A stretch of 64,000 bases of DNA from Chrysomallon squamiferum (taxonomy: Eukaryota > Animalia > Mollusca), in the NCBI GenBank assembly GCA_012295275.1, contig CM022675.1, positions 1,364,001-1,428,000 of the forward strand, read 5' to 3'. Made by a program: the position numbers and the translations under genes. Under the pieces are notes generated by a model that saw only the letters and a program-made list of their open reading frames with translations, was not told where the DNA came from and ran no database searches. Below are positions 1-33,509 of this stretch, piece by piece (within the stretch, counting starts at the first letter, position 1; each line of letters begins with the position of its first letter).

Positions 1-87
1 AACGTCAAGGAAAAGACCAGATGTAAATTCATAATACAGATCTGCATATAATTTTACTTTTCATTTTTATTGTAAATGATGATGATG

Positions 88-156
<69 letters not shown>

Positions 157-513
157 TACAGACTCAGACTTGGTTTAATCATGACTCACATTTGGCATGA
201 TCACGATACAAAATGTACGAAACATATTTAAAAAATATTTTCACATATATAACACATACATAAACATATACAAAAATAAACACACACACATACACACACA
301 CAAAAAAAGGACACACCGACATTCACACAAGCATAAACGACAAAAGAGAAGTTAACCAGATATTTATTTCTTGTTCAGAAGACGGAAAGACATAGTTCAT
401 TTTTTGTTGTGCAATAGAAGTAGTATTAAAACAATCACAAAGTTAAGTTTAATTTTCTCATATTCAGAGTCGAAGAAGAAAAAAAAGGTAAATCTGCTTA
501 ATATTCATCATTC

Positions 514-15266
<14,753 letters not shown>

Positions 15267-15952
15267 ACTGGCACTGAAAATAAAATAAAGAATATTCGCG
15301 TTACAGCTGAACATTATATGTTTTGTTTATCTCAACGAATGTTTAACTGCTATTCAAGGTAACGAATTTGTATGCTTGCCACTTTTCAGTGCTTTCATTT
15401 CGTTTGTGTTCTGAAAATTAATTACTTACTTATTTACTTATTTTATTTTATTTTTATTTTTATTTTCATTTTTATTTTTTTATTTTGTTTTTATTTTTTT
15501 ATTTTTTAAGTAGGAAGTTTTTTTGTTCTTTGAATTTTTCCGTCTCTATTACTGATTCACGAATTTGAACTCTAAATATTTCTAAGAGAAAAAGCGATAG
15601 CAATAAAATTATTGTTTTAAATTTCTTTTACTTCTTTTAATTTATTATTATTAATATTATCATCAGCATCATCATCACCATGACCACAACCACTATCATC
15701 AGTAGCAGCATCAACATTATCATCATCATCATCATTATCATCACGATCATTATCATCATCATTATTATCACTGCTATTGTTGTTTGTAACATCAGTTATT
15801 TGTGTTGTTATGTTTACCAACAGTAATAAGGATTAAGAATATAAATATTAAATTGACATTAAAGTACTTACTCTTTTTTTTTCATAATCTGAGCCGATTG
15901 TTCAGTGCATTTAATCTCTCTCTAATCAAAGCAGATGAAACTGGCTACTTAC

Positions 15953-16013
15953 CTAGACGTACAGTTTAACAGCAAACATTTCCTCCACGTTGTCGCATAT
16001 TTCTCTTTCTTAT
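15953..16013 (-). other. Probable 5'UTR exon of the cadherin gene containing a short uORF (MRQRGGNVCC*)
   Basis: Pyrimidine tract + ccag acceptor at 16014-16016 and tag|gtaagt donor at 15952; uORF 15998-15966. Confidence 0.5.
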
Positions 16014-16310
16014 CTGGAAACAAAAATATATATTTTTTCTTTTTTTTCTTTTTTTTTAAATCGATCTCTTGGACACCATCCTTGTTTGGTTTGTTAAACG
16101 TTTACGACATTTGCTAATACAAGAAAATACATAATATATATCAGAAAGAAAAAAAAAAAGAAAGAAAAAAACGTAAACAATAATATCAATAACACAACGA
16201 TAATAACGCTTTCCTTTGTAATTAAACAAACATATAAAGGAAAAAAGTTCTTCAAACTAGTATCAAAGTTAAAAAACAAATTAAAATTAAAGATTAAGAA
16301 ATTATGAAAT

Positions 16311-16406
<96 letters not shown>

Positions 16407-16455
16407 TATCTAAATAAGAGAAAGTTACATTATATAAAACTAAAGAACAACAAAA

Positions 16456-16506
<51 letters not shown>

Positions 16507-16771
16507 ATATCTAACAAACCAACCTAGGAATCTCCCAGCCATTCTTTGTGTTAGGAATGTCACATAACTCAGTGTAAAGCTTTCTTATCTTGAAAACGAT
16601 TTTAAAATAAAATATTAAACACGACAAAAAGCCGCGTTCTGACGAGTGATGAATATTTGATGAAAAACGATAAAGCGATGAAACCACATCTTCGTTTTCA
16701 GTCTTAATGACCTCGTTATAATTCCCTTTGTTCTTTAGTTTTATTTTCTTATTTATGCTGTTTTCTTCTTC

Positions 16772-16861
<90 letters not shown>

Positions 16862-16986
16862 TTTTATTTTACTTTTTTAAAAATACATTTGAAATTTCTT
16901 ATTGCTGTTGCTGTTGTTGTTGCTGCTGCTGTTGGTGCTGCTGGAAGTAATTAAAGTAATAAAATAGTAATTACTTACATATACTA

Positions 16987-17040
<54 letters not shown>

Positions 17041-17361
17041 AAATTAAACCTACATTAAAACGATAGAAGGAATAAGTTTAAATAAATCATAATAAAAAAA
17101 AAGAAATTGTAATACCAAGTTCATTTCGTATCATTCTAAAATTACAGTATAATTTATTTATCAAAATATGTTTTCTATATTCGCTTTGTTTTCAGTAGAT
17201 GAGAACTGAATTATTTCAGTCTACGTATTAAATATTAAAATTATGAAATTTATAAGAGAAAAGAAATCATTGTAGTGCATTTTAATACCGTGTATATTGT
17301 ATGTTCATTTATTTAAGTATTTATTTCTGTTTTAGTAAAGAAATTGATATAGCTGTTTTGC

Positions 17362-17458
<97 letters not shown>

Positions 17459-17512
17459 TGGAAATAACAATTACAGGAACGTTCACACAAACATACACAA
17501 ACACACACACAA

Positions 17513-17549
<37 letters not shown>

Positions 17550-17979
17550 TATTATTCTTTTTTAGAGGTAAAAGCAAGCCGACAATATTTTAGCTTGTTC
17601 TCTGAAACAATCTGGAATTTTTTTCCGTGTGTTATCCTGTTATCGGAACTGCTCATAATTTTAAATTCTTTCTAACCTGGGTACAGAAAATTCTTTACGA
17701 TTTCAAGAAATACCAGCTGAATGTAGTTCCAAACACAATTCCAGCTATATTCCAGTGTGACTTGTTTTAATTGTTTTGAATGAAGTTGTTGATTATAAGT
17801 TACATTTTGTTTAATATAAATACTATACTCCAGCCTGCTATACGTATATAATACTTAGGTGTCTTGCGTGGCCAAACAAATAATATTAATAATAATCTTG
17901 ACGATAATAATAATGACAATGGTAATGATGATGACGATGATAATGACGAGAATAATACAAATAAATATTACAGAATTAA

Positions 17980-18083
<104 letters not shown>

Positions 18084-18254
18084 TATATGTAATCATATAA
18101 CAGACTCATTTCACAAACATGCTTTGTCCACACAAAAACTCTCGATAAACGCTGTTAGTAATTGCAGAAAGCCGAACAATCAGAAAAACAAATGTAAAGA
18201 GGAAGAATTGTTTTTATTCCAACTTTATTTTCTTCTCGTCAAAGTCACGGATGA

Positions 18255-21062
<2,808 letters not shown>

Positions 21063-22988
21063 TTTGGTTATTTCTAAGTGAAAAGTGAGTGGAGAAATGC
21101 AGGGAAATATCAGCACAGTGAGTGTGTGTGTGTGAGTGTGTTCACGTAAAACTTTTATCTCTGATAAAATGTGGGAAACTGCACCTGGACATCTGCCATA
21201 TGCAATTTTTAATTTTTTTATTATTATTATATTTTTAAAATCATTTTCAATCTTGTTCACTTTTCTGTTCTTTGATTCACATTTGATTTGTTTATCATCT
21301 CAGTTGCAGCCCAAGAAGCTGGTTTATCTTTCAGCTGTATATGGGAAGGTTTAGTTTAATCATCAGATCCTGCTAATCAGTGGCAATACTACAAATATGT
21401 ATGGTATATATATGTGTAATTCTGTTCAGCCTTGCTTATCATCACAACAGTCTTCAGATTAGTAAGAGTGAAAGTGAATGATTCACTTCAGAAAATATTT
21501 AGCCTAAAGTTTACCTTAGGTCAAATGAATGAATTTATACTGCACATCTCTTAGTCTTGTTTTATTTGTTGTGATGTCAAGAAATCTAAATAAGAACTCA
21601 GTTTAGTATGAATATTTGTTTTAACACCAGTTATTTTATGATATACTAGTTAAAAAAGTCATAGAATTGTTTAGTGTCTTTATTTTTATATTCATTTGAT
21701 GTTATGTTATTGTTATGTTATATTACGTAACATTGTTTTATTTTATTTTATATTTATGTCAAGCTTTTGAGATTTTTATTTTTACTTTCCCATTAATAAA
21801 ATATTATAAAAATGTACATAAAAATACCAATTAAAATAATAATAATAATAATAATAAAATAAAATAAAAATAATACATAAATATAATAAAAAGATAAATA
21901 ATTAAATAAATAAATGAATAAACAGATGGTGTATGCAAGTCTGAAATTATCCATCATATCAATTTCATAAAACAAAACAAAAACCAATGCAACAAATCTT
22001 TTCCAGCTAAAAAAAAAAAAAAAAAAAAACAATACTCTTTAATATGAAAACAGATTGTGAATATAAAACAAATGAACTGAGATTTATCAATAAACAATAA
22101 TTTTATTTATTACATCTATATACAGTGAAATGTTAAAATCATTACAGTCAATACAAACATTTTGAAGATACTGTCAACTGAAAATAAATCTGTGTTGTTT
22201 TGAAGATGTAAAACAGCTTTATTCACATGAAAAAATAAAATAAAATAATAATAATAAAAAATAAAATAATAATAATCAAAAATCTCTTATTTGTGACTGT
22301 TAATATATTATTAACTGTGACGGAAGTGAAAGTAATTAAAAATAAATAAGTTTTATAACATTTACTTATTTATTATGCTGGTTTTATTCTGTTTTATTCT
22401 GTGAGATCAAATGAAAGAAAACAATATTTTTAAAATGTATACATACATACAAACACATAAACACACACACACACACACACACACATACAAACACACAAAC
22501 ACACACACACAAACACATAAACACACACACACAAACACATAAACACACACACACAAACTGCTGCTTCAGAATTATTCGAGGTTTTTTGTCTTTTTGTTTT
22601 GTTTCTAACAATGACACTGGGTAACATAACATTATTGCACTTGTCAAGGTCATTGCTAACTGAACTTAACAAAAATCAAGACATGCACACATGAAAACAG
22701 TATGAAGAGTTATTGATGTTGTCAAAAATATATGCCATCATGTGGAAGTGAAATTTGTTTACTAACTTATTTATTTATTATGAATAGACGATTAATTATG
22801 AATCACTCTAAAAAGAATGAAATTAAAAAAAATAAAATAAAATAAAATAAAGGAAATGAAACATGTAATGAAAAAGCAAAAACAATTTGCCACGAAATAC
22901 TTTTTCAATCAAGATAAAAACAGATGCTCTGCTTAAACTTAAACAAAACAGCATTTTTCCTTCCTTTACTGCAGAAATGTGCCAATTA

Positions 22989-23170
22989 TCAGAAATCTGC
23001 TAATTATTGAAATCTGGTAATTCTCAGAAATCTGCTAATTATTGAAATCGGGTAATTCTCAGAAATCTGCTAATTATTGAAATCTGGTAATTCTCAGGAA
23101 TTTGCTAATTATTGAAATCGGGTAATTCTCAGAAATCTGCTAATTATTGAAATCGGGTAATTCTCAGAAA
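22989..23170. repeat. 35-bp tandem repeat (~5 copies), probably within the ACBD5 3'UTR
   Basis: tcagaaatctgctaattattgaaatc(t/g)ggtaattc repeated. Confidence 0.85.
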
Positions 23171-23842
23171 CCAGACAATAACCAGAGAAGTGTTATGACT
23201 AAAATGATGACAAACTGAGTAGACTGAGAAATGAGAGTGTAAATTAAAAAAAAGAAGAATTATTTAACACTGAGGTCTGTGAAAGCACAAAACACATTTA
23301 TCATCACACAGCAGAAACCATGTTCAACCACACACAGAAAACTTCATCTAAACTCTTTCTAACTGCAACCATGACAACCCACCCATCAAAACAAAATCAC
23401 ACAAAAATCAACCCCTCCCAAATGATTCCCCACAAGGTTATCCATGTTACATAAATCACACAATTCAACCCTCCCCTTTAAACTGATTAATACCATCCAC
23501 ATTCACTAAATAAATCAATGATTCAATCCCACCCATTACTTTATTTCAGTTAGAACAAGTGAAATCAGTTACATGCACCCTGAACTAAGTGAATCCCATT
23601 AAACATAAACTGAAACCACTCAACACAGAACCTAGCAATCTTACTAAATGATGTGTACATTTTCTTTGGCATATAATAAAAATTCCCCTGAACAAATAAA
23701 TTAAAAATGATCAAGACAATTATATTTGTAGGAAAGTAGAAGTAATTTGCAATGAATTTGTGAAGAAAAAGAAAGAAAAGTAAAATAAAAGTCACAAGAC
23801 AGGACAGTGTGTTCTCTTCTGTACAGGTTTTTCTTACAATCA

Positions 23843-26800
23843 CTATCTGTGTGGAGTCCTGAAAAATATAAATAAATAAATAAGTAAGTAAATAAATAAG
23901 TCAATATATGATTAACTAAATGAATGAATGAATGAATAAATGAATATATGATTAACTAAATTAATAAATGAATGAATAAACAAATGAATATGTAAATAAA
24001 CAAATGACTATATAAATAAATGATTAACTAAATGAATGAATGAATATATAGATATATGATTAAATGAATGAATAAATGATTAAATAAATGAATAAAGAAA
24101 TTAACCAAAAAAATGAATATATAAATAAATGAATCAACAAATGAATATGTAAATAAATAAACAAATGAATATATAAACAAACAAACAAATACCTAAGAGA
24201 GAATATTAAATATATTTAGTTAAAAATTTATTTCATATTTTGACAGAAGACAAACATGATTATGTATGTGATGTGATGTGTGTGTGCGTTCTATGGAATA
24301 TAACTAACATTCATAAAGAAAATCTATTCAAGAATAAATAAATAAATAAATAAAATAAAATAAAATAAAATAAAATAAAATAAAATAAAATAAAATAAAA
24401 TAAAATAAAATAAAATAAAATAAAATAAAATAAAATAAAATAAAATAAAATAAAAATAAAATAAAATAAATATATATTAATATCTACAGATAAATTATTA
24501 CATGTATTAATGTCTGCATAGACAGTCTCTATAAATTACTTATTTATTGTTTGAGTGATTCGTCACTACAGTGAAATAAAACTCTTACAAAACATTTGAA
24601 CTCTGCAATTTAACTCCTTCATGACTGGAATTAAGGAGGACTAATAACTATTGTCTTTAAAAAACACAAAAAAACAACAAACAACTACCCTGTCATGTAG
24701 CAGTGATTTGTGATTAAAAAAAAACTGTGATCAGGTTCACATCAGGAAGAAGAAAAGAGAAATACGTAACACTGATGAATTTATCACATGCTCTGTTGTG
24801 ACACATTATGTGTGTTGTGTGATTTGACACAAGTTGGTTGACAGATCAAGTCAGGATGACAGTAACTACAGCCAGCTGGAGATGGGTGTCAGTATGTTTA
24901 AAACTGTCCTCTCTTACTGTTCTGTTTGTAACAAGACAATGACCAGGCTGACCAGACCAGGGCTCTGAGTTTTCAGTTTGTGTCAGACACAAGTCTTAAT
25001 GTCTGAAGTTAGATTGTGTGTGTGTGTAAATATGTACACCCAATACCCACCCTCACACACACCCCCCACTCATGTAAAAAGCCAAAATAAAACAAAACTT
25101 GGATGTGTGCTGAATATATTTAGACTCTTTCTTTCTACTGCTAAAACATACACAAGAAAATTAAGAATAAAGATTTACTGTATGGAAATGATACATTAGT
25201 GTTTTATGAGGACACAACAAACCTTTTTCTTCTGAAGAGCAAGCTGACAATGAACTGAGCGATGAAGGGCCAGGTGATGAGGAAGATGATTGTCTTCGTA
25301 GAGCAGTTGTCAAACAGCCACCATGACGGCTTCTTCTGCTAGAACAAACAAACGTGTAAAATCAGCCTCGTTTTCTCCTTTCTTTATTCAGAGAGAATCT
25401 AAACTTCACAAAACTCTGATGAACTAAAATTAACATCCACTTTTCACTACAATGTACATCTACTGTTTGTGTAGAGGTAAACACAGACACACAGGTGTAA
25501 GAGTGTAAGTAAAATTACTTTGACTGGTTGTGTACAGGTAAACACAGACACACACGTTTTACAGGTAAGTTGTAAGTAAAAAATTACCTTGACTGGTTGT
25601 TTGTGTACAGGTAAACACACACACACACACTACGTGTAAGTTGTAAGGTTAAAAGACACTTTGACTGGCTGTGTACAGGTAAACACAGACACACACTGTT
25701 TGTGTAAGTTAACACAACACAAAATTACTTTGACTGGTTGTGTACAGGTAAACACAGACACATACATCTACTGTTTGTTGTACAGGTTAACAAGACAAAA
25801 TTACTTTGACTGTTAGTGTACAGGTTAAACACACAGGTAGAGGTTAACACAGACACATAAGGTTAACACAGACACATTACTATTTTGACTGTTAGTGTAC
25901 AGGTAAACACACACACACTACTGTTTTGTAAGTTGTTTAATACAGGTTAAAATTACTTTGACTGGCTGTTTGTACAGGTTAAACACATACACACACACAG
26001 ACAGTACTGTAAACACAAGTAAAATTATCTACTGTTTTTGACTGGCTGTGTACAGGTTTAAACACACACACACATCTACTGTTTGTGTAAGTTGTACTGT
26101 TTTAAAATTACTGTTTTGACTGGCTGTGTACAGGTAAAAACACACAGGTGTAAGTTGTAAGATTAAAATTACTTTGACTGGCTGTGTACAGGTAAACACA
26201 GACACACACTGTTTTGTGTAGAGGTAAGTTGTTTTACAGGTTAACACAGACAAAATTACTTTGACTGGCTGTGTACAGGTAAACACACAGGTGTAAGTGT
26301 GTAAGTTAACACAGACAAAATTACTTTGACTGGTTTGTGTACAGGTAAACACAGACACACAAATTACTTTGGTTGTTTGTGTACAGGTAAACACAGACAC
26401 ACAGGTGTAAAGTGTGTAAATAAAATTACTTTGACTGGTTGTTTGGTTGTTTGTGTACGGACTCCAAGGCCTCCAGTCTGTGTAGAGTAAACACACAGGT
26501 GAGTGTGTAAATAAAACGACTGGTTGTTACATAGGACTCCAAGGACTCCAGTCTGTCTAGAGCCGAGTGCACATCTTGTTGCAACCGCAGCAAGCGCTGT
26601 TATCTGTTTGTTCACGTCACGACCACCAAGCTCCCAGTCATCTTCCTCATCACAGAACAAACCTCTCTGTCCTCCTCTGTTAACTCCTTCAAATAAACCA
26701 CAAGTATTTAAATATACATACATACATAGAGATACATACATAAACACACATTTACTATTTCAAATAAATCATTTCAAGTATTTAAATATACATAAATACA

Positions 26801-29800
26801 TATATATAAACACACATTTCCAAGCCTATACCATACAGTGTTAGTATGTTAGTCCAAGCCTATACCATACAGTGTTAGTATGTTAGTCCAAGCCTACACC
26901 ATAGTGTTAGTATGTTAGTCCAAACCTATACCATACAGTGTTAGTATGTTAATCCAAGCCTACACCATAGTGTTAGTATGTTAGTCCAAGCCTACACCAT
27001 ACAGTGTTAAAATGTTAGTCCAAACCTATACCATACAGTGTTAGTATGTTAGTCCAAACCTACACCATAGTGTTAGTATGTTAGTCCAAGCCTACACCAT
27101 ACAGTGTTAGTATGTTAGTCCAAGTTAGTATGTTAGTCCAAACCTACACCATAGTGTTAAAATGTTAGTCCAAACCTATACCATACAGTGTTAGTATGTT
27201 AATCCAAGCCTACACCAGTGTTAGTATGTTAGTCCAAGCCTACACCATACAGTGTTAAAATGTTAGTCCAAACCTATACCATACAGTGTTAGTATGTTAG
27301 TCCAAGCCTACACCATACAGTGTTAATATGTTAGTCCAAACCTATACCATACAGTGTTAGTATGTTAGTCCAAACCTATACCATACAGTGTTAGTATGTT
27401 AGTCCAAGCCTACACCATACAGTGTTAATATGTTAGTCCAAACCTATACCATACAGTGTTAGTATGTTAGTCCAAACCTATACCATACAGTGTTAGTATG
27501 TTAGTCCAAACCTATACCAGTGTTAGCATGTTAGTCCAAGCCCACACCATAGTGTTAGTATGTTAGTGCAGTTAACTTTGGGCTATACAGTGTTAGCATG
27601 TTAGTGTGTTAGTGAAAGAGGGTTACTTATAAAAATATCTTTCAGATAAAACTGGTGATGATAACCAATGCAAGCCAGTGACATTCACTCCAGGAATCAG
27701 TCAGATTTTAGTGTTAAGTAATTCCTTCATTGAACAACAACAACAACAACAACACGCTAAACGTCACCACCCTCACCTCGCTCACCCCCTCTCGTCAGAA
27801 TGGAGGCTCCGGCTCTCCTGCCCTGTGCCCCCCTGTCCAGCGCCCCCCCAGCCTCGCAGTAGGAGGAGCTGAGGTCGAGAGACTCGCTGGAGAAGTCGAG
27901 CTGACTGGTCGCGGATGTGTTGCCAGCGTCTCTCAGCGACGTGTTCACGAAGAGGCTGTCTGAGAGCACTCTGTCTGCTGTGAGCGCTGCCACGCCGTGA
28001 GCGCTCACGGGCGGTTTGTTGATGGGTGAGAAGTTGCCACTGGCGAGGTGCACGGTCTGGGTTTCGCTGAATCGGACGCGGTTGGTGACTTTGTTGCAGA
28101 TCGGAGTCGAGGAGTTGACAGTTTCTTCTTCCAGCTGATGTTTGCCTGACGTCTGCTGCAAGGAAACACTTCAGTTACACTGATTTATCAGTTACACTTC
28201 AGTTACACTGATTTATCATTTAAACTGCAGTTACACTGAATTATCATTTAAACTGCAGTTACACTGAATTATCAGTTACACTTCAGTTACACTGATTTAT
28301 CATTTAAACTGCTGTTACACTGATTTATCATTTAAACTGCTGTTACACTGATTTATCATTTACACTTCAGTTACACTGATTTATCATTTAAACTGATTTA
28401 TCATTTAAACTGATTTATCATTTAAACTGAATTATCATTTAAACTGATTTATCATTTAAACTGCTGTTACACTGAATTATCATTTAAACTGCAGTTACAC
28501 TGATTTATCATTTAAACTGATTTATCATTTAAACTGCTGTTACACTGCATTATCATTTAAACTGCAGTTATCATTTTAGTATTAGCTGTACAGATAACAT
28601 TAGATAAGTCTAGCAGCAAGGAAACACTTTGGTTATCATTGAATTATCATTTAAACTGCAGTTATCATTTTATTATTAGCTGTACATATAACTTTAGATA
28701 AGTCTAGCAGCAAGGAATATTTCATGTGCACCATCCCATATACAGGACAGTACAGAGCACAACCTCACTTATATCAGAGTTTAAGAGCACTGGGTAGAAT
28801 GAGAATTAGCTCAATTGGTTAGCTAAGGGGAATTGATACTACAACCCACTGCACCTCAAGTGGAAACTGAGCTACATTCCACTTCTGGCAGTAATTGAAC
28901 AAAAATTTTAAAAAATTAAAATTGTTAAGGGATTATTGTTAAAGGAATTCACTAATATTTGTTTTGTAGTTAACAATATAAGACTTTATTACTGGAATAG
29001 GTTCATCCGAGGTGTCACAGAATTCTTCACTTTCAGTGTCACTCTCACTTATCTTCTGTTGTACTTCATTGACATCCTTGCCGACATCTACAACAAAACA
29101 AACTTCACTTGTAAGTTTAGAATTCTTACTGACATCTAGATAAAAACAAACTTCACTTGTAAGTTTAGAATTCTTACTGACATCTAGATAAAAACAAACT
29201 TCACTTGTAAGTTTAAAATTCTTAGACATTACATCTAGATAAAACAAAATTCTTTAGTTTGACATCTAGATAAAAAGAATTCTTACTGACATCTAGATAA
29301 AAACAAACTTCACTTGTAAGTTTAGAATTCTTACTGACATCTAGATAAAAACATACTTCACTTCTAAGTTTAGAATTCTTACTGACATCTAGATAAAAAC
29401 ATACTTCAGTTGTATCAAGTAATAAATGATTTTAATTTACATTTGACACTGTTTACATATCCACACAATTTTCTGAGACAAAACACTGAACAACAAATAC
29501 AGCAGACTTTTATTCTATCATAGTTTATGCCCATTAATTTATTAATTTATTTTTTCATTAATTCATTCGTTTGTTCATTCATTCAGACATTAAAACACTC
29601 ATTCTTGTTTTGTCCCAGTTCTTTAACTACTGTAAAATGTGTAGGACAAAGAAAAGTCTGATAAAAGTGAATACCATCACCAGCTTCCTTTTCTTCCTTC
29701 TCTTCATCACTTTCTTCTTTATCTTCTTCGTCTTCCTTGTCTTCCTCAGTGTCCTCAACTTGTTGATCTTTATCAGAATTGTCAACATCGTGCACAACGT

Positions 29801-32800
29801 CACCGTTTGTCAACATGTTGATGTCCAGATGTTGATCAATAACTGTTGAGTGACTGAGACTTGAATCTGGATCTTTACAAAATATAACAATAACAATTAA
29901 AATAACAATAACAACAACAGTAGCAACAACAATAACAACAATAATGATGATGAAGATTATGCCATGAAATCTTAAAATGTACGATTACTACAAACTGGAA
30001 AATATTAACTTTTATAATGTTTCAAACATAATCATTATCAAGTGAAGACAAAAAAAATAAAAATAAAAATAAAAATAAAATAAAATAAAAAATAAAAAAT
30101 CAACAACATCAACAATATTAATGATAACAATAAGAAAAACAATACTAGCAATACGAATGACAATAATAATCATAATTAATAATAATAATGATGATAATAA
30201 CAACAACAGTAAAATCTCTATAGCTGTCTGAAGGACTCTCTGATTTTGTGCAACATGATTTTTGTACAACTGTATGTGTAGGTTTGTATGTGCAACACAC
30301 ACATCCATGTTTGTACAGATGTGTTGAATGCATGCCTGTGTGTTGTTTAATTTAAAAAAATCTTGTCATTAAAGCAAGTGTTTAGTGGAATTGATTTCCT
30401 CATTTCAGTTAAGAATCTAAGCAAAGAAACTCACAGTCCATTTTAGAACAAAATGTAAAAATATGTGTGAAGTTGATGTTAATAATCCAACATGACATAC
30501 ACTCAAGTTCTTCTTTTGTCTCGTCTTCCAGCGAGGTTTTGGATTTCGATGGACTGCTGTCGTTTGAAAATGGCATCTTCTCTTCAACCATCTCGTAGAA
30601 GTCGCCCAGCGTCGACATAAAATCTGCAACCATCTGCGTCTGAGGCATCGTCTCAATTATCTGTGAAAGAAGGAGGCCACTAAATTACAACTGTCTTAGA
30701 AAAGTCACCAGTCATTAAATTACAACTGTCTTAGAAAAATCACCAGTCATTAAATTACAACTGTGTTTGAAAAATCACCAGTCATTAAATTACAACTGTC
30801 TTAGAAAAATCACCAGTCATTAAATTACAACTGTCTTAGAAAAGTCACCAGTCATTAAATTACAACTGTGTTTGAAAAATCACCAGTCATTAAATTACAA
30901 CTGTGTTTGAAAAATCACCAGTCATTAAATTACAACTGTCTTAGAAAAATCACCAGTCATTAAATTACAACTGTCTTAGAAAAGTCACCAGTCATTAAAT
31001 TACAACTGTCTTAGAAAAGTCACCAGTCATTAAATTACAACTGTCTTAGAAAAGTCACCAGTCATTAAATTACAACTGTCTTAGAAAAGTCACCAGTCAT
31101 TAAATTACAACTGTGTTTGAAAAATCACCAGTCATTAAATTACAACTGTCTTAGAAAAATCACCAGTCATTAAATTACAACTGTCTTAGAAAAGAAAAAT
31201 CACCAGTCATTAAATTACAACTGTCTTAGAAAAATCACCAGTCATTAAATTACAACTGTCTTAGAAAAATCACCAGTCATTAAATTACAACTGTCTTAGA
31301 AAAGTCACCAGTCATTAAATTACAACTGTCTTAGAAAAGTCACCAGTCATTAAATTACAACTGTCTTAGAAAAGTCACCAGTCATTAAATTACAACTGTC
31401 TTAGAAAAGTCACCAGTCATTAAATTACAACTGTCTTAGAAAAGTCACCAGTCATTAAATTACAACTGTCTTAGAAAAGTCACCAGTCATTAAATTACAA
31501 CTGTCTTAGAAAAGTCACCAGTCATTAAATTACAACTGTCTTAGAAAAGTCACCAGTCATTAAATTACAACTGTCTTAGAAAAGTCACCAGTCATTAAAT
31601 TACAACTGTCTTAGAAAAGTCACCAGTCATTAAATTACAACTGTCTTAGAAACGTCACCAGTCATTAAATTACAACTGTCTTAGAAAAATCACCAGTCAT
31701 TAAATTACAACTGTCTTAGAAAAGTCACCAGTCATTAAATTACAACTGTCTTAGAAACGTCACCAGTCATTAAATTACAACTGTCTTAGAAACGTCACCA
31801 GTCATTAAATTACAACTGTCTTAGAAAAATCACCAGTCATTAAATTACAACTGTCTTTGATAAGTCACCAGTCATTAAATTACAACTGTCTTAGAAACGT
31901 CACCAGTCATTAAATTACAACTGTCTTAGAAACGTCACCAGTCATTAAATTACAACTGTCTTAGAAAAGTCACCAGTCATTAAATTACAACTGTGTTTGA
32001 AACGTCACCAGTCATTAAAGTTAATCAAATCAAACAACAAACTGCCATCAACTATAAAATACTGTCAACTATTCAATTACAAATATCTGAACTATGCTTT
32101 CATCAACTATTCAATTACAAATCTGTAAACAATACCTTGAAAGATTTGGGGTTGCTTTTGATAATGAGAGTATCATTAGAAATGTAGTATAATATTGTGT
32201 AAATTTTGCGTTAAATATGTAAATGTTGTGTTAAATATGTAAATTGTTGTGTTAAATATGTAAATGTTGTGTTAAATATGTAATTGTTGTCTGAAATATG
32301 TAAATGTTGTGTTAAATATGTAAATGTTGTGTGAAATGTGTACATTTTGTGTTAAATATGTAAACAGTGTGTTAAATATGTAAATATTGTGTTAAACAAT
32401 GTGTAAATATTGTTTACCTGTTTTAACTCTTCCACATAGCTTGACATAGCTGTCTCTTTTGACATGTCACCCAGGTCATGCCACGCCTTCCTGCAATAAT
32501 AACAATAACAATAACAATAACAATAACAATAATAAAAATAACAATAAACAACAATAACAGAAATAAATTAAACCATAACAAGAATTAAAAAAATAATAAA
32601 ACAAAACAATGAACCTATACAACCATCAACAAAACTGTTGGCACAATGGTACTTAAAACTGACAAATGTCAAAGCTGTCAGAGAGTGGACTGTTTAATGC
32701 GAGCACAACGTACAACAGTAAACTTTTAAAAAGAAGAAGAAGCAGAAGTACTGGGTAAGTAACAAACCATTTCGCCCTGCCGACCATGTCCCAGAATCCA

Positions 32801-33157
32801 GGCTGCTGAATGTTGCACGGACCCTCGACTGCTTGTTTGTAGTACGAGTAGAATCGCAGCATCATCTCGTTAGAGGGCTGGAACGAGCCTGTCAAACAGA
32901 ACACAGTGTGTATACAGTGTGTGTGTGTGTGTGTGTGTGTTTGTAGTACGAGTAGAATTGCAGCATCATCTCGTTAGAGGGCTGGAACGAACCTGTCAAA
33001 CAGAACACAGTGTGTATACAGTGTGTGTGTGTGTGTGTGTGTGTGTGTACAGTGTGTGTGTGTGTGTGTGTGTGTGTTTGTAGTATGAGTAGAATCGCAG
33101 CATCATCTCGTTAGAGGGCTGGAACGAGTCTGTCAAACAGAACACAGTGTGTATACA

Positions 33158-33208
<51 letters not shown>

Positions 33209-33464
33209 TAGTACGAGTAGAATCTCAGCATCATCTCGTTAGAGGGCTGGAACGAGCCTGTCAAACAGAACACAGTGTGTATACAATGTGTGTTTGTGTG
33301 TCTTTGTGTGTGTGTGTGTGTACAGTGTGTGTGTGTGTGTGTGTGTTTGTAGTACGAGTAGAATCTCAGCATCATCTCGTTAGAGGGCTGGAATGAGCCT
33401 GTCAAACAGAACACAGTGTGTATACAATGTGTGTTTGTGTGTGTTTTGTGTGTGTGTGTGTGTA

Positions 33465-33509
<45 letters not shown>

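Noticed and set aside
30678-32018. 35-bp direct-repeat array as a CRISPR
   Set aside because: Units are contiguous with no unique spacers, there are no cas genes, and it lies in a eukaryotic intron.
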